Shown here piece after piece: positions 36,125-46,265 of a stretch of 64,000 nt of DNA (positions are counted from its first letter, which is position 1; each line of letters starts with the position of its first letter). Below the pieces are notes generated by a model that worked only from the letters and a program-made list of their open reading frames with translations, did no database searches and was not told the origin of the DNA. The position numbers were made by a program, and so were the translations under genes. The DNA lies in IMG/VR virus record IMGVR_UViG_2667528037_000002, positions 1 to 64,000 of that record; one strand, 5' to 3'. The stretch comes from a virus. Its lineage: Duplodnaviria; Heunggongvirae; Uroviricota; Caudoviricetes.

Positions 36125-36501
36125 CCCCACCCCCACTCCACGACCCGCTGCTGCGAGCAGTGATCGACGAGGCAGGTCTGACCATGACCTGCAACCTATG
36201 GCGCCAAGGAGAACCAGCCATGTTCCACAGCACCCCCACCAGCCACGCAGACATCGACCACCGGTTCAACTACCACCGACCCGATGTCGACCAGGTCACC
36301 CGCCACGAGAGCATCCGCGGGAAGTGCCGGGACTTGGCGCACGACCTCGACTCGATCCTCCCGCCGGGCCGCGAGAAGGCCCTCGCGTTGACCAAGCTGG
36401 AGGAAGCGCTGATGTGGGGCAACGCAGCCATCGCCCGCGAGGTCCTGCGGGAGCCGATCGCCAACGCCCACCAGTCCGTCATCCAGGACCACCACGCATG
36501 A
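36118..36501 (+). CDS. Hypothetical protein (GTG start)
   Basis: ORF 35869..36501 frame. Confidence 0.4.
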   Translation: MLTPPPLHDPLLRAVIDEAGLTMTCNLWRQGEPAMFHSTPTSHADIDHRFNYHRPDVDQVTRHESIRGKCRDLAHDLDSILPPGREKALALTKLEEALMWGNAAIAREVLREPIANAHQSVIQDHHA

Positions 36502-36941
36502 CCACCGCAGAGAAGGTCCACCAGGACGCCGTCGCTGGGCCGAAGGTCACCGTGGTCACAGTTAGCGGCGACCGCCAGCACGGCAAGACCCATATCCTGC
36601 TCGACCTCGTCGCCGGTGAGATTCGGCGCGGCCGTTTCGTGCTGTACGAGACGTCGGACTGGCCCGTGGCACAGGAACACCACCGCAACCTGGTCGACAT
36701 CCATCTCATGCCGGGCATCGACGTGCTGGAGCGGGTCCGCCGCAGTGCTAACGACCTGTCCGTCCGACACCGCTCCGGCGGCCGGGTCCAGTTCCTGTCC
36801 ATCGGACGGACCCGTAGCGGCGCGCACTACCGGGCCGACACGTACGTCTTCGACGACGTCCCGGTACCGCGGGAGCTGCTGTACGGCCCGCCCGCCCGCA
36901 TCTACCACGCGCCGCGCGCCGATGATCGGCTGTTCTGGTGA
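36498..36941 (+). CDS. Small P-loop NTPase-like protein (Walker A SGDRQHGKT)
   Basis: ATGA overlap. Walker A motif. Confidence 0.45.
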   Translation: MTTAEKVHQDAVAGPKVTVVTVSGDRQHGKTHILLDLVAGEIRRGRFVLYETSDWPVAQEHHRNLVDIHLMPGIDVLERVRRSANDLSVRHRSGGRVQFLSIGRTRSGAHYRADTYVFDDVPVPRELLYGPPARIYHAPRADDRLFW

Positions 36942-37369
36942 GCAACCAGCGCACGATCCGCGCCGTTATCCCGGTCCTGCCCGACATGGACATGGACCAG
37001 GTGCTCTGGCACACCCGCGAGTCGATTGAGACCACCGCGGCGGCCGACGGCCTCACCGTCGTCGCTGTCACATCGGCCGTAATCCCTGTCGACGCCCTAC
37101 CGAAGGACCCGAACACCGGTGTACCGCTCGCAGCCGCCAACCTTGAACGGCCACTCGCCGAGTACACGTTCTGCGAGTTCGTAGCGACCGTAGAGCGACC
37201 CGAGGCCGACACCAGTAACCCCCCATGCGGCTACTGCGGACACCCCTCCCACGCCGACGGCAAGTGCGAGCACCCGGCACCCGACTGGCTCGGCGGCCCA
37301 GACGCCCTGTGCACTGGCTGCCCCGGTGACGCCGACATCCGCGGCCACAAGCCCGTGGGTCTCCACTGA
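36938..37369 (+). CDS. Hypothetical Cys-rich protein
   Basis: ORF track. Confidence 0.45.
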   Translation: MSNQRTIRAVIPVLPDMDMDQVLWHTRESIETTAAADGLTVVAVTSAVIPVDALPKDPNTGVPLAAANLERPLAEYTFCEFVATVERPEADTSNPPCGYCGHPSHADGKCEHPAPDWLGGPDALCTGCPGDADIRGHKPVGLH

Positions 37370-37623
37370 TGACCGGCCAGCGTGTAGGCGTCGTCATCGA
37401 CGGCGTCGTGTACATCGACCACGTGAGCGGCAAGAAGTATTCAGGGGTCCATGCCTTCGGCGGACTTACACCTGACTTAGAACCACCCGCCTGCCCGGCA
37501 CCCGGCCAGGACCCAGTCGCCCGCGCCCACAGGCGCATCACCGAGCTGTACGACACCGTGCGGTACCTGACCGCACCCCGCTGGAAGCGGCCACTGCTCC
37601 GCATACTCCGGTGGTTCCGCTAA
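37369..37623 (+). CDS. Hypothetical protein
   Basis: ORF track. Confidence 0.4.
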   Translation: MTGQRVGVVIDGVVYIDHVSGKKYSGVHAFGGLTPDLEPPACPAPGQDPVARAHRRITELYDTVRYLTAPRWKRPLLRILRWFR

Positions 37624-37847
37624 TGGCCGACAACGTCACCCGCCTCGACGACCACCGCACACCGCTGACCACCAACCACCGCTGCATCAAATGCGGTAGC
37701 GAGTGGTTCCGGCTGGACGGAACCCTCGCCGGACCCGATGCGCCCGCCCACGGCGCCGTGGTCCTGGCCGCCGACGACCGCATCCGCATAACCGGCTACT
37801 GCGGCACACCCCGCTGCCTGGAGTGCGGCCACCTGGTGGCGGTCTAG
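37623..37847 (+). CDS. Zinc-ribbon protein
   Basis: Met 5 of ORF 37611..37847. Confidence 0.4.
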   Translation: MADNVTRLDDHRTPLTTNHRCIKCGSEWFRLDGTLAGPDAPAHGAVVLAADDRIRITGYCGTPRCLECGHLVAV

Positions 37848-38599
37848 TGCTGTACGTGGTGACCGGCCCACCCGCAGCAGGCAAGTCCACCTGGGTACAG
37901 GCCAACGCCCAGCCCGGCGACATCACCATCGACTACGACGCCATCGCCAACGTCCTCACCCCGCCCGACGGTGACCCCCACAGCTACCCCGAGCATGTGA
38001 AGGCCGTAACGAAGGCAGCCCGGCAGGCAGCCATAGACACCGCGGTCCTACTGATCGCCACCACCGACGTGTACGTCATCCACTCCACCCCCAGCGAGGC
38101 CCTGCTCACCAAGTACCGAGCACTGGGCGCTGAGGTCGTAACCATCAACCCCGGCAAGGACGTGGTGCTCGCCCGCGCCCAGCAGCAGCGGCCCCACAAC
38201 ATCCAGCAGGCAGCCCGCCACTGGTACGAGACCCACGACGAAGCGCCCACCACACCCGTGGACCCCGCCAACGTCCAGGGCCTGGACGCAGATGGACGCC
38301 CACGTTCCCGCGCCTACCGCAAGCTCGTCGCCGACTTCCGCACCGCCTGCGCCCACCACACCAACGACGACGGCACCACCGGCGCACCCTGCTGGATCTG
38401 CCACCGACCCATCGACTACACCATCACCGACCCGTACCACCCCGACGTCTTCAACGCCGACCACGCCGCACCAGTCAAGGAACGCCCCGAGCTGGCCATG
38501 GACATCAACAACCTCCGGCCCTCCCACCGCGACTGCAACCTCAAACGCGGCACCGACGACGCCCACATCGACATCGGTTTGCCCTCAGAGCAGTGGTGA
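37847..38599 (+). CDS. P-loop kinase (AAA_33/PNK-like, GPPAAGKST) fused to C-terminal HNH endonuclease
   Basis: Walker A at N-terminus. HNH-like HAAPV...NNLRPSHRDCN at C-terminus. Confidence 0.55.
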   Translation: MLYVVTGPPAAGKSTWVQANAQPGDITIDYDAIANVLTPPDGDPHSYPEHVKAVTKAARQAAIDTAVLLIATTDVYVIHSTPSEALLTKYRALGAEVVTINPGKDVVLARAQQQRPHNIQQAARHWYETHDEAPTTPVDPANVQGLDADGRPRSRAYRKLVADFRTACAHHTNDDGTTGAPCWICHRPIDYTITDPYHPDVFNADHAAPVKERPELAMDINNLRPSHRDCNLKRGTDDAHIDIGLPSEQW

Positions 38600-38745
38600 C
38601 GCTGAAACGCCCTGTGCGCCCCTGCGCCACAGAGGACCGATGACACCCGACACCCCACAAACGGCCGTCTCAGGGCCAACCAGAGGGGTAAGGGGGCTCC
38701 GAAACTTCAAACGCCCAGGCGAGGCCCATGCCGCCCGGCTTGTGT

Positions 38746-38757
38746 CCTCCCCCCCCC
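38746..38757. repeat. Homopolymeric C tract (9-10 C) in 180-bp noncoding region upstream of structural module
   Basis: Read directly. Confidence 0.3.
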
Positions 38758-38779
38758 GACGAAAGTTGACGGAATCCAC

Positions 38780-40291
38780 ATGACCACGACCCCCGAGGAC
38801 CTGGTCGTCCGAGTGTTTGCTGTAACCGACCTGAGGACTTTCGCCGGCAACCCTCGGCGCGGACAGGTCGATGCCATCGTCCAGTCGCTCTCCCGTCATG
38901 GCCAGTACCGGCCGATTGTCGTCAACGCGGGCACTAAGACAGGTCGCCCGATGGAGGTGCTGGCGGGCAACCACACCCTCCTGGCGGCCCGCAAGCTGGG
39001 CTGGGACACCATCAGTGCCACGTTGCTGGACGTGTCCGAGCAGCAGGCCAAGGCCATCGTCGCGGCCGACAACCGTTTGTCCGACCTGGGTGACTACGAC
39101 ACCGCGGAACTGCTGGCGCTCCTGGAGGGCTTGGACGAGCTGGACGGCACCGGTTACACGGCGGCCGACCTGGAGGAGCTGGCGTCCGAGCTGACCGTGC
39201 CGGACGGAGACGGTGCGGTGTCCGATGCCAAGAGCACGCTGGCCTCCCGGTTCGGGGTTCCACCGTTCACGGTGCTCGATGCCAAGCAGGGCGCCTGGAA
39301 GCAACGGGTTAAGGCGTGGAAGGCGCTCGGAATCGCCTCGGCGTCCGGCCGCTCGGTCGATACAGAAGGTGGGTCGGATGCCCGTGCCGCAACGGGCATC
39401 ATGGCGTTCAAGGCGCCTCAGTCGATCTACGCCAACTGGTACGAGATCAAGAACGCCGCTGAGAAGAAGATCGGCCGGACGTTGACCACCGCCGAGATCA
39501 TGGAGCGCTACGGCGACGAGCTGAAGTTCTACGCCGAGGGCGGCGCCATCTCAGTATTCGACCCGGTGCTCGCCGAGCTGCTGGTGTCGTGGTTCTCACC
39601 GGTGGAGGCCGACGTCATCGACCCATGGTCCGGCGGCTCGGTCCGGGGTGTCGTATCGGCCGCCCTCGGCCGCAGGTACACCGGCATCGACCTGTCCGGT
39701 GACCAGCTGGCGGTGAACGGGGAACAGTGGGCGGTGGTGGAGCCGCGACTCCCGCAGATGGCCACGACCGTCACGGCACCGCAGTGGATTCAGGGCGACT
39801 CTCGCGACGTTCTCAAGACCCTGGATGACGAGTCGTTCGACATGATGATCGGCTGCCCGCCCTACTACGACCTGGAGCAGTACTCCAAGGACCCGGCCGA
39901 CCTGTCGGCCATGTCCACGGACGAGTTCGACGCCGCCTTCATCGAGACCATCGCCGAGGTGGCCCGGGTGCTGCGGCCCGACTCGTTCGCGGCACTCGTG
40001 GTCGGGTCAGCCCGCGACAAGCGCGGGGACCTACGCGATATGCGATCCCTGGTTTCCCGCGCGGCCGACGCCACCGGAATGAAGCTCGCCAACGACGCCG
40101 TACTCCTGACCGCCATCGGGTCCAACGCCGCCCGCGCGGCACGCCCCTTCTCCAAAGGTCGCGCACTGGGCCGGGTGCACCAGGACATCTTGGTGTTGGT
40201 GAAGGGCGACCGGATACGGGCTGCACGCCGTTGCGGGGAGGAAGTCACCTTGATCGCGGAACCCGAGCTGGACGAGGACGGTGAGGATTGA
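38780..40291 (+). CDS. ParB-like N-terminal domain fused to DNA (N6-adenine/N4-cytosine) methyltransferase
   Basis: ParB-N region (AGNHTLLAARKLGW) and methylase motif IV GCPPYYD. Confidence 0.65.
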   Translation: MTTTPEDLVVRVFAVTDLRTFAGNPRRGQVDAIVQSLSRHGQYRPIVVNAGTKTGRPMEVLAGNHTLLAARKLGWDTISATLLDVSEQQAKAIVAADNRLSDLGDYDTAELLALLEGLDELDGTGYTAADLEELASELTVPDGDGAVSDAKSTLASRFGVPPFTVLDAKQGAWKQRVKAWKALGIASASGRSVDTEGGSDARAATGIMAFKAPQSIYANWYEIKNAAEKKIGRTLTTAEIMERYGDELKFYAEGGAISVFDPVLAELLVSWFSPVEADVIDPWSGGSVRGVVSAALGRRYTGIDLSGDQLAVNGEQWAVVEPRLPQMATTVTAPQWIQGDSRDVLKTLDDESFDMMIGCPPYYDLEQYSKDPADLSAMSTDEFDAAFIETIAEVARVLRPDSFAALVVGSARDKRGDLRDMRSLVSRAADATGMKLANDAVLLTAIGSNAARAARPFSKGRALGRVHQDILVLVKGDRIRAARRCGEEVTLIAEPELDEDGED

Positions 40292-40740
40292 TGCGCGCTG
40301 CCGAGCGCCTGGAGCGGGATATGAAGGCGGTGCGGCTGTTCATCGCCGGGAAGTCATTCCGCGCCATCCAGGAGGCGTGCGGCTACAACACCCTGGCCGC
40401 CTGCCACAAGGCGGTACGCCGTGAGATGGCGAAGTCAGAGCGGCGCGACCTGCTCCGCGACAAGGCTTTCGACGTCTACCTGGAGCGGCTGGAGGCACTG
40501 TGGGCCGCCCACTACCCGCGGGCGGTCGCCGGAGACACCCGATCTGCTGAACACTGCCGCCGCGTCGCTCAACAGGAGGCCCGGCTATTCGGGCTTGAGC
40601 CAGCGGCCGGGAGCCGGGTTGGCGGAGACCCGCCGGACCCCGACGGCACCGAAGACGACGAGAGCACCGAGGGCAGTGGCGACGCCACCGGTGACAACGT
40701 GAGTGACCTCGACGAGTGGCGTTCTCGACAGAACGCTTAG
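40291..40740 (+). CDS. Putative terminase small subunit (N-terminal HTH, acidic tail)
   Basis: Position immediately upstream of TerL. HTH KSFRAIQEACGYNT. Confidence 0.45.
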   Translation: MRAAERLERDMKAVRLFIAGKSFRAIQEACGYNTLAACHKAVRREMAKSERRDLLRDKAFDVYLERLEALWAAHYPRAVAGDTRSAEHCRRVAQQEARLFGLEPAAGSRVGGDPPDPDGTEDDESTEGSGDATGDNVSDLDEWRSRQNA

Positions 40741-42313
40741 GGGACACACGGTCCCCAGGCTGTTCACGCCACCCCTAGCTGATCACTGCGACCCCGACCT
40801 ACCCGAGACCTGCGAATGCGGGTGTGGCCTAAACCCCGCTACCTCGTGGGGCTTTGGCTGCATCGACTTTCTCGAAAACGTCGTCAACTGGGAACTTCTG
40901 CCGTACCAGAAGTGGCTCTACATCCACGCCCTGGAGAAGGGCGCCAACGGAACCGGATTCAGGTTCCGCACCGTCTGCATTTTGATCGCCCGCCAGAACG
41001 GCAAAACCCAGTGGCTGCGCGGCCTCGGCCTCTGGCGCCTGTACCTCAACAAGACCGGCCGCCCGATGGTCGGGAAGCCACCGGCGGCGAAAACGGTCCT
41101 GATCGCCGCGCAGGGCCTGGAGTACGCCGAGGCGACGCTGGGCGAAGTCGTCATCAACGTCGACGAATGCCCAGCCCTCAAGCGGGAATTCGTCAAGCAC
41201 GTACAGACGAACGGCAAGCACCGCATGCTGCTGACTGGCCGCCGGTCATGGCGCGCGGTCGCCGCAAACCGCAAGGGCGGCCGTTCCTTCTCCGTCGATC
41301 TGGCGCAGCTGGACGAGCTGCGCGAGCACCACGACTGGCTGGCCTGGGATGCCATCGTCCCGACCACTACTGCCCGGCCGAACAGCCAAGTTGTCTGCGC
41401 ATCCAACGCCGGGGACAAGCGCTCCATGGTGCTTCGTTCTGTCCGGCAGGGCTGCCTAGAAGACATCTACCGGCGGGACACCGACGGCACCAGCACCGGC
41501 CTATTCGAGTGGTCGGCACCGGACGACGCCGAGCCGAGCAACCGGTCGGTGTGGCCCATGGCCAACCCCGCCCTCGGCTGGCTGCCGGGCCACGACGAGG
41601 AATCACTGGCCGCCAAATACGAGGCGAAGCGCGGCGACATCGCCGGATTCAAGACCGAGCACCTATGCCAATGGGTCGACACCTTGTTGCCCGGAATCAT
41701 CGAGCCCGAGCACTGGGCGGAAACGATGGACCCGGACTCACGCAGGGCTGAGGGGGCGCCTGTGTGGGCTGCCGTAGACGTCAACTTCCAACGCTCCCGC
41801 GCATATATCGCCATCGCGGCGCGCCGCGCGGACGGCCTTCTACACGTCGAAGTCGTGAAGGCCGGACGCGGAACCGACTGGATCATCCCGTGGTTCACCG
41901 ACTCCACACGCGCCGGAAAGTTCGTCGCAGTGGCTGTACAGGTCCGCGGTGCGCCAGCCTCCGGGCTGATCGAGGGCATGGAAAAGGCCCAAATCCCGGT
42001 ACTGGAGTGGGGCGGCCCGGACCTCGCGAAGGCGTGCGGCGACTTCTACGACGGCCTCGTGCAACGCGGCATCAAGCACCGGCCCCAGGCAGCACTAGAC
42101 ACCGCCGCCGCATCCGCCGCAGCGAAATCACTAGGCGACGCATGGGTATTCGACCGCAAGGGAAGCCCGGTCGACGCCTCTCCGCTGGTTGCCTGCGCCG
42201 CGGCGGCGTGGGCCGAATCCAAGGGGATACCGGAGCCAGAACCGGTACCCGTAATCCATGAATGGCCCGACGACGAGGAGATCGCGCGATGGGAACGAGG
42301 GGAGTTTGAGTGA
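40703..42313 (+). CDS. Terminase large subunit
   Basis: 536 aa. ATPase-like N-terminal region (ILIARQNGKTQW) and nuclease C-terminus. Synteny with portal. Confidence 0.85.
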   Translation: MTSTSGVLDRTLRGHTVPRLFTPPLADHCDPDLPETCECGCGLNPATSWGFGCIDFLENVVNWELLPYQKWLYIHALEKGANGTGFRFRTVCILIARQNGKTQWLRGLGLWRLYLNKTGRPMVGKPPAAKTVLIAAQGLEYAEATLGEVVINVDECPALKREFVKHVQTNGKHRMLLTGRRSWRAVAANRKGGRSFSVDLAQLDELREHHDWLAWDAIVPTTTARPNSQVVCASNAGDKRSMVLRSVRQGCLEDIYRRDTDGTSTGLFEWSAPDDAEPSNRSVWPMANPALGWLPGHDEESLAAKYEAKRGDIAGFKTEHLCQWVDTLLPGIIEPEHWAETMDPDSRRAEGAPVWAAVDVNFQRSRAYIAIAARRADGLLHVEVVKAGRGTDWIIPWFTDSTRAGKFVAVAVQVRGAPASGLIEGMEKAQIPVLEWGGPDLAKACGDFYDGLVQRGIKHRPQAALDTAAASAAAKSLGDAWVFDRKGSPVDASPLVACAAAAWAESKGIPEPEPVPVIHEWPDDEEIARWERGEFE

Positions 42314-42483
42314 TCAGGTTTGCCGTAGCAACGCTCGTTGAGCTGCTAGGAATCTTCGCGATTGTCGCTGGCGTGTGGGTAATTTACCCCCCAGCAGGGT
42401 TAATTGTCACCGGAATAGGTTGTGTAGCAATAGGTTTAGCGATAGACCCGCCTCCTAGTCGTGAGCGGCGGACTGAGCAGTGA
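42310..42483 (+). CDS. Possible 57-aa two-TM membrane protein between terminase and portal
   Basis: GTG overlapping TerL stop. Hydrophobic. Atypical A/T-ending codons. Confidence 0.3.
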   Translation: MIRFAVATLVELLGIFAIVAGVWVIYPPAGLIVTGIGCVAIGLAIDPPPSRERRTEQ

Positions 42484-43787
42484 GCTTCCTGTCCCGCATC
42501 TTCACCGGCGCACCCGCGGTGGAGGAGCGGGCCATCACCAGCTCGTCGTTTGTGCCCACCCCGGCCGAGGACGCCGCTATGAACGGCATGTACGGGTACG
42601 GGTCCATGACGCCGACGGGCACCCGCGAGATGCAGGTCGCCGCCTTCTCCGCCTGCGTAACGCTTCTCGCCGACACCATCGCCGCGCTGCCGCTTGTCGC
42701 GTACCGGCGTCAGGGCAAGACCAAGGTGGCCCTCGATCCCCAGCCCGTCATCGTCCAACAGCCTTACGTAGAAAACACGATCTTCGACTGGGTCTGGATG
42801 CTGGTTGAAGCGCTGGCTGTAACTGGAAACGGATACGGCTACATAACATCCCGCGGCCCCGACGATCGGCCACGCGGCATCATGCCCGTCCATCCCGACT
42901 GCATCACAGTGGAGATGCCCGACAAGGACCGGTGGCCCAACCCCAACTATTACGTTGAGGGCAGCAAGGTCGACCGCTCCGACATCCTCCATATCAAGCG
43001 ATACCCCATCGCCGGAGCGGCACTCGGACTGTCCCCCGTGCAACGCGCAGCAGCAGCCGTCGGCATCGCCCTTGCCGCAGAACGATACGGACTCAACTAC
43101 TTCCGCGACTCAGCCAACCCCAGCTCCGTCCTTGAAACAGACCTCGTCCTAGACGCCACCGCAACCAAGAATCTGCAACAGCAATGGATCGCCAGCCATG
43201 GCGGCCGTCGCCGCCCCGCGATCCTTTCCGGCGGGGTGAAGTGGCGTCCAATCGCCATATCGCCCAACGAGTCCCAGTTCCTGGAGACCCGTAAGTACCA
43301 GCGCGGCGAGATCGCCATGCTGTTCCGTATCCCGCCCCACATGATCGGCGACACCGAGAAGACGACCTCATGGGGTACCGGCATCGAGCAGCAGTCCACC
43401 GGCTTCGTCCGGTACACCCTGCGCCCCTGGCTCACCTGCATTGAGCAGCAACTGTCCGCACTGCTTCCGCGCGGCGTTTTCGTGAAGTTCGACGTCAACG
43501 ACCTGCTCCGCGGTGACATCAAGTCCCTATGGACGTCCTACAAGGCCGGTCGCGACGCCGGTGTCTACAGCGTCAACGACATCCGCGAACGCGAGGACAT
43601 GGAACCGGTTGAGGGCGGCGATATCCGGCTGCAACCCACCAACATGGCGCCCCTGGGCTGGACGCCCCCGGACCCACCCGGGACGGCCGAGGCAGAGCCA
43701 GAACCTGAGGACGACGAGACCCCCGAAGAAGAACCGGCCGACGAACCTGACGAGGACGAAGAAGGCACGGGACAGGAGGACCAATGA
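42480..43787 (+). CDS. Portal protein (HK97-like), acidic C-terminal tail
   Basis: 435 aa, synteny TerL-portal-protease-capsid. Confidence 0.85.
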   Translation: MSFLSRIFTGAPAVEERAITSSSFVPTPAEDAAMNGMYGYGSMTPTGTREMQVAAFSACVTLLADTIAALPLVAYRRQGKTKVALDPQPVIVQQPYVENTIFDWVWMLVEALAVTGNGYGYITSRGPDDRPRGIMPVHPDCITVEMPDKDRWPNPNYYVEGSKVDRSDILHIKRYPIAGAALGLSPVQRAAAAVGIALAAERYGLNYFRDSANPSSVLETDLVLDATATKNLQQQWIASHGGRRRPAILSGGVKWRPIAISPNESQFLETRKYQRGEIAMLFRIPPHMIGDTEKTTSWGTGIEQQSTGFVRYTLRPWLTCIEQQLSALLPRGVFVKFDVNDLLRGDIKSLWTSYKAGRDAGVYSVNDIREREDMEPVEGGDIRLQPTNMAPLGWTPPDPPGTAEAEPEPEDDETPEEEPADEPDEDEEGTGQEDQ

Positions 43788-44668
43788 CCACCAACACCAT
43801 TCGCGCCGACCGCGACAACCGCAAGGACGTCTGGGAGCACCGCCGGACATCCTCGTTCGAAGTCCGCGAGGACAGCGACACCATCACCCTCACCGGGTAC
43901 GCGTCGACGTTCGAGCCATACGAGATGTACGGCGGTCCCGACGCTGGCGGCTGGATCGAGCAGCTGGACAAGGCTGCGTTCACCAACACCCTCCGTGAGA
44001 AGCCGGACCTACACCTGCTGATCAACCACGAGGGCATGCCGCTTGCGCGCACCAAGTCCGACACCCTCCAGCTGGGTGTCGACCGGCACGGGCTCAAGGT
44101 CACAGCCCAGCTCGACCGGTCCGACCCCGACGTACAACGGCTGGAGCCGAAGATGCGCCGCAAGGACATGGACGAGATGTCCTTTGCGTTCCGCGTGAAG
44201 GGTCAGAAGTGGGAGTGCACCGAGGAATTCCCGGAGGACAACTACGCCCTCCGCACCATCACTGAGGTCTCGCTGCACAAGGGAGATGTGTCCGTGGTCA
44301 ACTTCGGCGCCAACCCCACCACCAGCGCCGAACTCAAGTCAGTCGACCAGGCCCTCGCGTTCCTAGCTGACTGCGACCCCGGAGCGCTCGCTGAAATCCG
44401 TTCCGACGGTGACCTTCTCCGCCGAGCACGCGCCGTCCTGAACTCCCTCGGCAGCATCGACAAGGTTGCCGCGCTACAGGCGGCCCAGGGCAATGCCCGC
44501 GCCGCCGCAGACGCTGCGTCTGCCGCAGCCCAGGTTCTGCAATCTCGATCCGAGAACGATGCCCCCAAGGGTATGTCGCTACGAGAAGCCATGGCCCGTC
44601 AGGGCTTTGCGTCTGAGGACGGCTCCGTGCTGTCCCTCAACGACGCGCTCGCAGTCATCGACCGGTAA
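43784..44668 (+). CDS. Prohead (capsid maturation) protease, HK97 family
   Basis: Synteny and HK97-protease-like N-terminal domain. Confidence 0.75.
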   Translation: MTTNTIRADRDNRKDVWEHRRTSSFEVREDSDTITLTGYASTFEPYEMYGGPDAGGWIEQLDKAAFTNTLREKPDLHLLINHEGMPLARTKSDTLQLGVDRHGLKVTAQLDRSDPDVQRLEPKMRRKDMDEMSFAFRVKGQKWECTEEFPEDNYALRTITEVSLHKGDVSVVNFGANPTTSAELKSVDQALAFLADCDPGALAEIRSDGDLLRRARAVLNSLGSIDKVAALQAAQGNARAAADAASAAAQVLQSRSENDAPKGMSLREAMARQGFASEDGSVLSLNDALAVIDR

Positions 44669-44720
44669 CACCCGGCGCCAGTAGGCGCCCCACAAATTCC
44701 ATCCGACGCACCAACCACAA

Positions 44721-44748
44721 GGCCCCCGCCACCCCGGGGGCCTTTTTC
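44721..44748 (+). terminator. Rho-independent terminator GGCCCCCG-ccacc-CCGGGGGCC-TTTTTC between protease and capsid genes
   Basis: 9-bp GC stem plus T5 tract. Confidence 0.6.
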
Positions 44749-44857
44749 GTGCGCCGGGTCGAACGGCCTGCCCCCGCTCGGGGCCGCCGGTGCCCCGCTC
44801 GGGCCGCCCACCAAATCAAAACGCCCACAAGGGCATACACGAAAGGAACGAACCTCA

Positions 44858-46252
44858 ATGACTGAGTCTGTTGAGGAAGCGCGCATCAAGCGGCTGTCTT
44901 CGCTGCGTGCCACGGCCGAGTCCGAGCTGGAGACCCTCGTGGCACAGCGGACGGCCATCACCGAAATCGTCAAGGAAGAGGCCCGTGAGGACCTCACCCC
45001 CGAGGAAGACGTCGATTTCCGCGCGAAGTCGGCCGCGATCAAGGCCAAGCAGGGTGAGATCGCGGGCTACAACGAGCGCATCCAGGAGCTGTCCGACGAG
45101 ATCGAGCGGTCCGGGAAGCTGAACGACGAGGCCGCCAAGGTCCGTCGCGCACAGGCCCGCGTCGAGTCGGTCAAGGAAGCAGCCGCCTACGCCAAGGGCA
45201 ACGGCCGGTCCTACCTCCAGGACCTCATGCGGGTCCAGCGGAACATGGACCCGAACGGCCAGAGCCTGGAACGGCTCCAGCGTCACGCCCAGGACGTCGC
45301 CAGCGACTCCGAGTACCGCGACCTGGACCGTACCGACGGCAACGGTGGCTACTTCGTGCCCCCGGCCTGGCTGGTCAACCAGTACGTGCCCCTGGCGCGC
45401 GCTGGCCGCGCCTACGCCAACCTGGTCACCTCCCAGCCGCTGCCGTCTGGCACCGACAGCATCAACATCCCCAAGGTCACCGCGGGGACCGCGACTGCTG
45501 TACAGACGGCCGATAACGCGGCCGTCGCCGAGCAGGACCTCGACGACAACTTCATCGAGGCCAAGGTGCGGACCGTCGCCGGTCAGCAGGACGTCGCAAT
45601 CCAGCTCCTGGATCAGTCACCCGTCAACTTCGACGAGGTCGTCTTCCAAGATCTGATCGCAGACTTCGGCACCAAGCTGGACCTCCAGGTCCTTGCAGGT
45701 TCCGGGGCCAGCGGCCAGGTGCTGGGTGTCCACGGCACCCCGGGCATCGGCACCATCGCCATCACCGCGCTGACGGTGGCCTCGTTCTACGCGGCCATCG
45801 CCGACGCGATCCAGCGGGTACACACCAGCCGGTTCCTGCCCCCGACGCACATCGTGATGCACCCCCGCCGTTGGGGCTGGCTCACCGCGTCGCTGGACGG
45901 CGATCAGCGTCCGCTCGTGCTGCCTGCGGCCAACGCACCGCAGAACGCCCTCGCCACTCTGGACGCCGTCGCGTCCCAGCAGGTGGTCGGCCAGCTCCAG
46001 GGCCTGCCGGTGGTGACCGACCCCAACATCGGCACCGCGTACGGCACCGGCACCAACGAGGACGTTGTGTACGTGCAGCGCTCCGCGGACCTGCTGCTGT
46101 TCGAGTCGGGTATCCGTACCCGCACCCTGCCGGAGCCGGGCGCGAAGAACCTGACGGTGTGCCTCCAGGTGTACGGCTACCTGGCCTTCACCGCCGGGCG
46201 CTACCCGCAGTCCGTGGTCGAGATCGGCGGACTGACCCCGCCCGCTTTCTGA
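44858..46252 (+). CDS. Major capsid protein (HK97 fold) with N-terminal coiled-coil delta/scaffold domain
   Basis: RBS gaaaggaac. 464 aa. Synteny. Confidence 0.8.
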   Translation: MTESVEEARIKRLSSLRATAESELETLVAQRTAITEIVKEEAREDLTPEEDVDFRAKSAAIKAKQGEIAGYNERIQELSDEIERSGKLNDEAAKVRRAQARVESVKEAAAYAKGNGRSYLQDLMRVQRNMDPNGQSLERLQRHAQDVASDSEYRDLDRTDGNGGYFVPPAWLVNQYVPLARAGRAYANLVTSQPLPSGTDSINIPKVTAGTATAVQTADNAAVAEQDLDDNFIEAKVRTVAGQQDVAIQLLDQSPVNFDEVVFQDLIADFGTKLDLQVLAGSGASGQVLGVHGTPGIGTIAITALTVASFYAAIADAIQRVHTSRFLPPTHIVMHPRRWGWLTASLDGDQRPLVLPAANAPQNALATLDAVASQQVVGQLQGLPVVTDPNIGTAYGTGTNEDVVYVQRSADLLLFESGIRTRTLPEPGAKNLTVCLQVYGYLAFTAGRYPQSVVEIGGLTPPAF

Positions 46253-46265
46253 CCCACCGCTAGGC

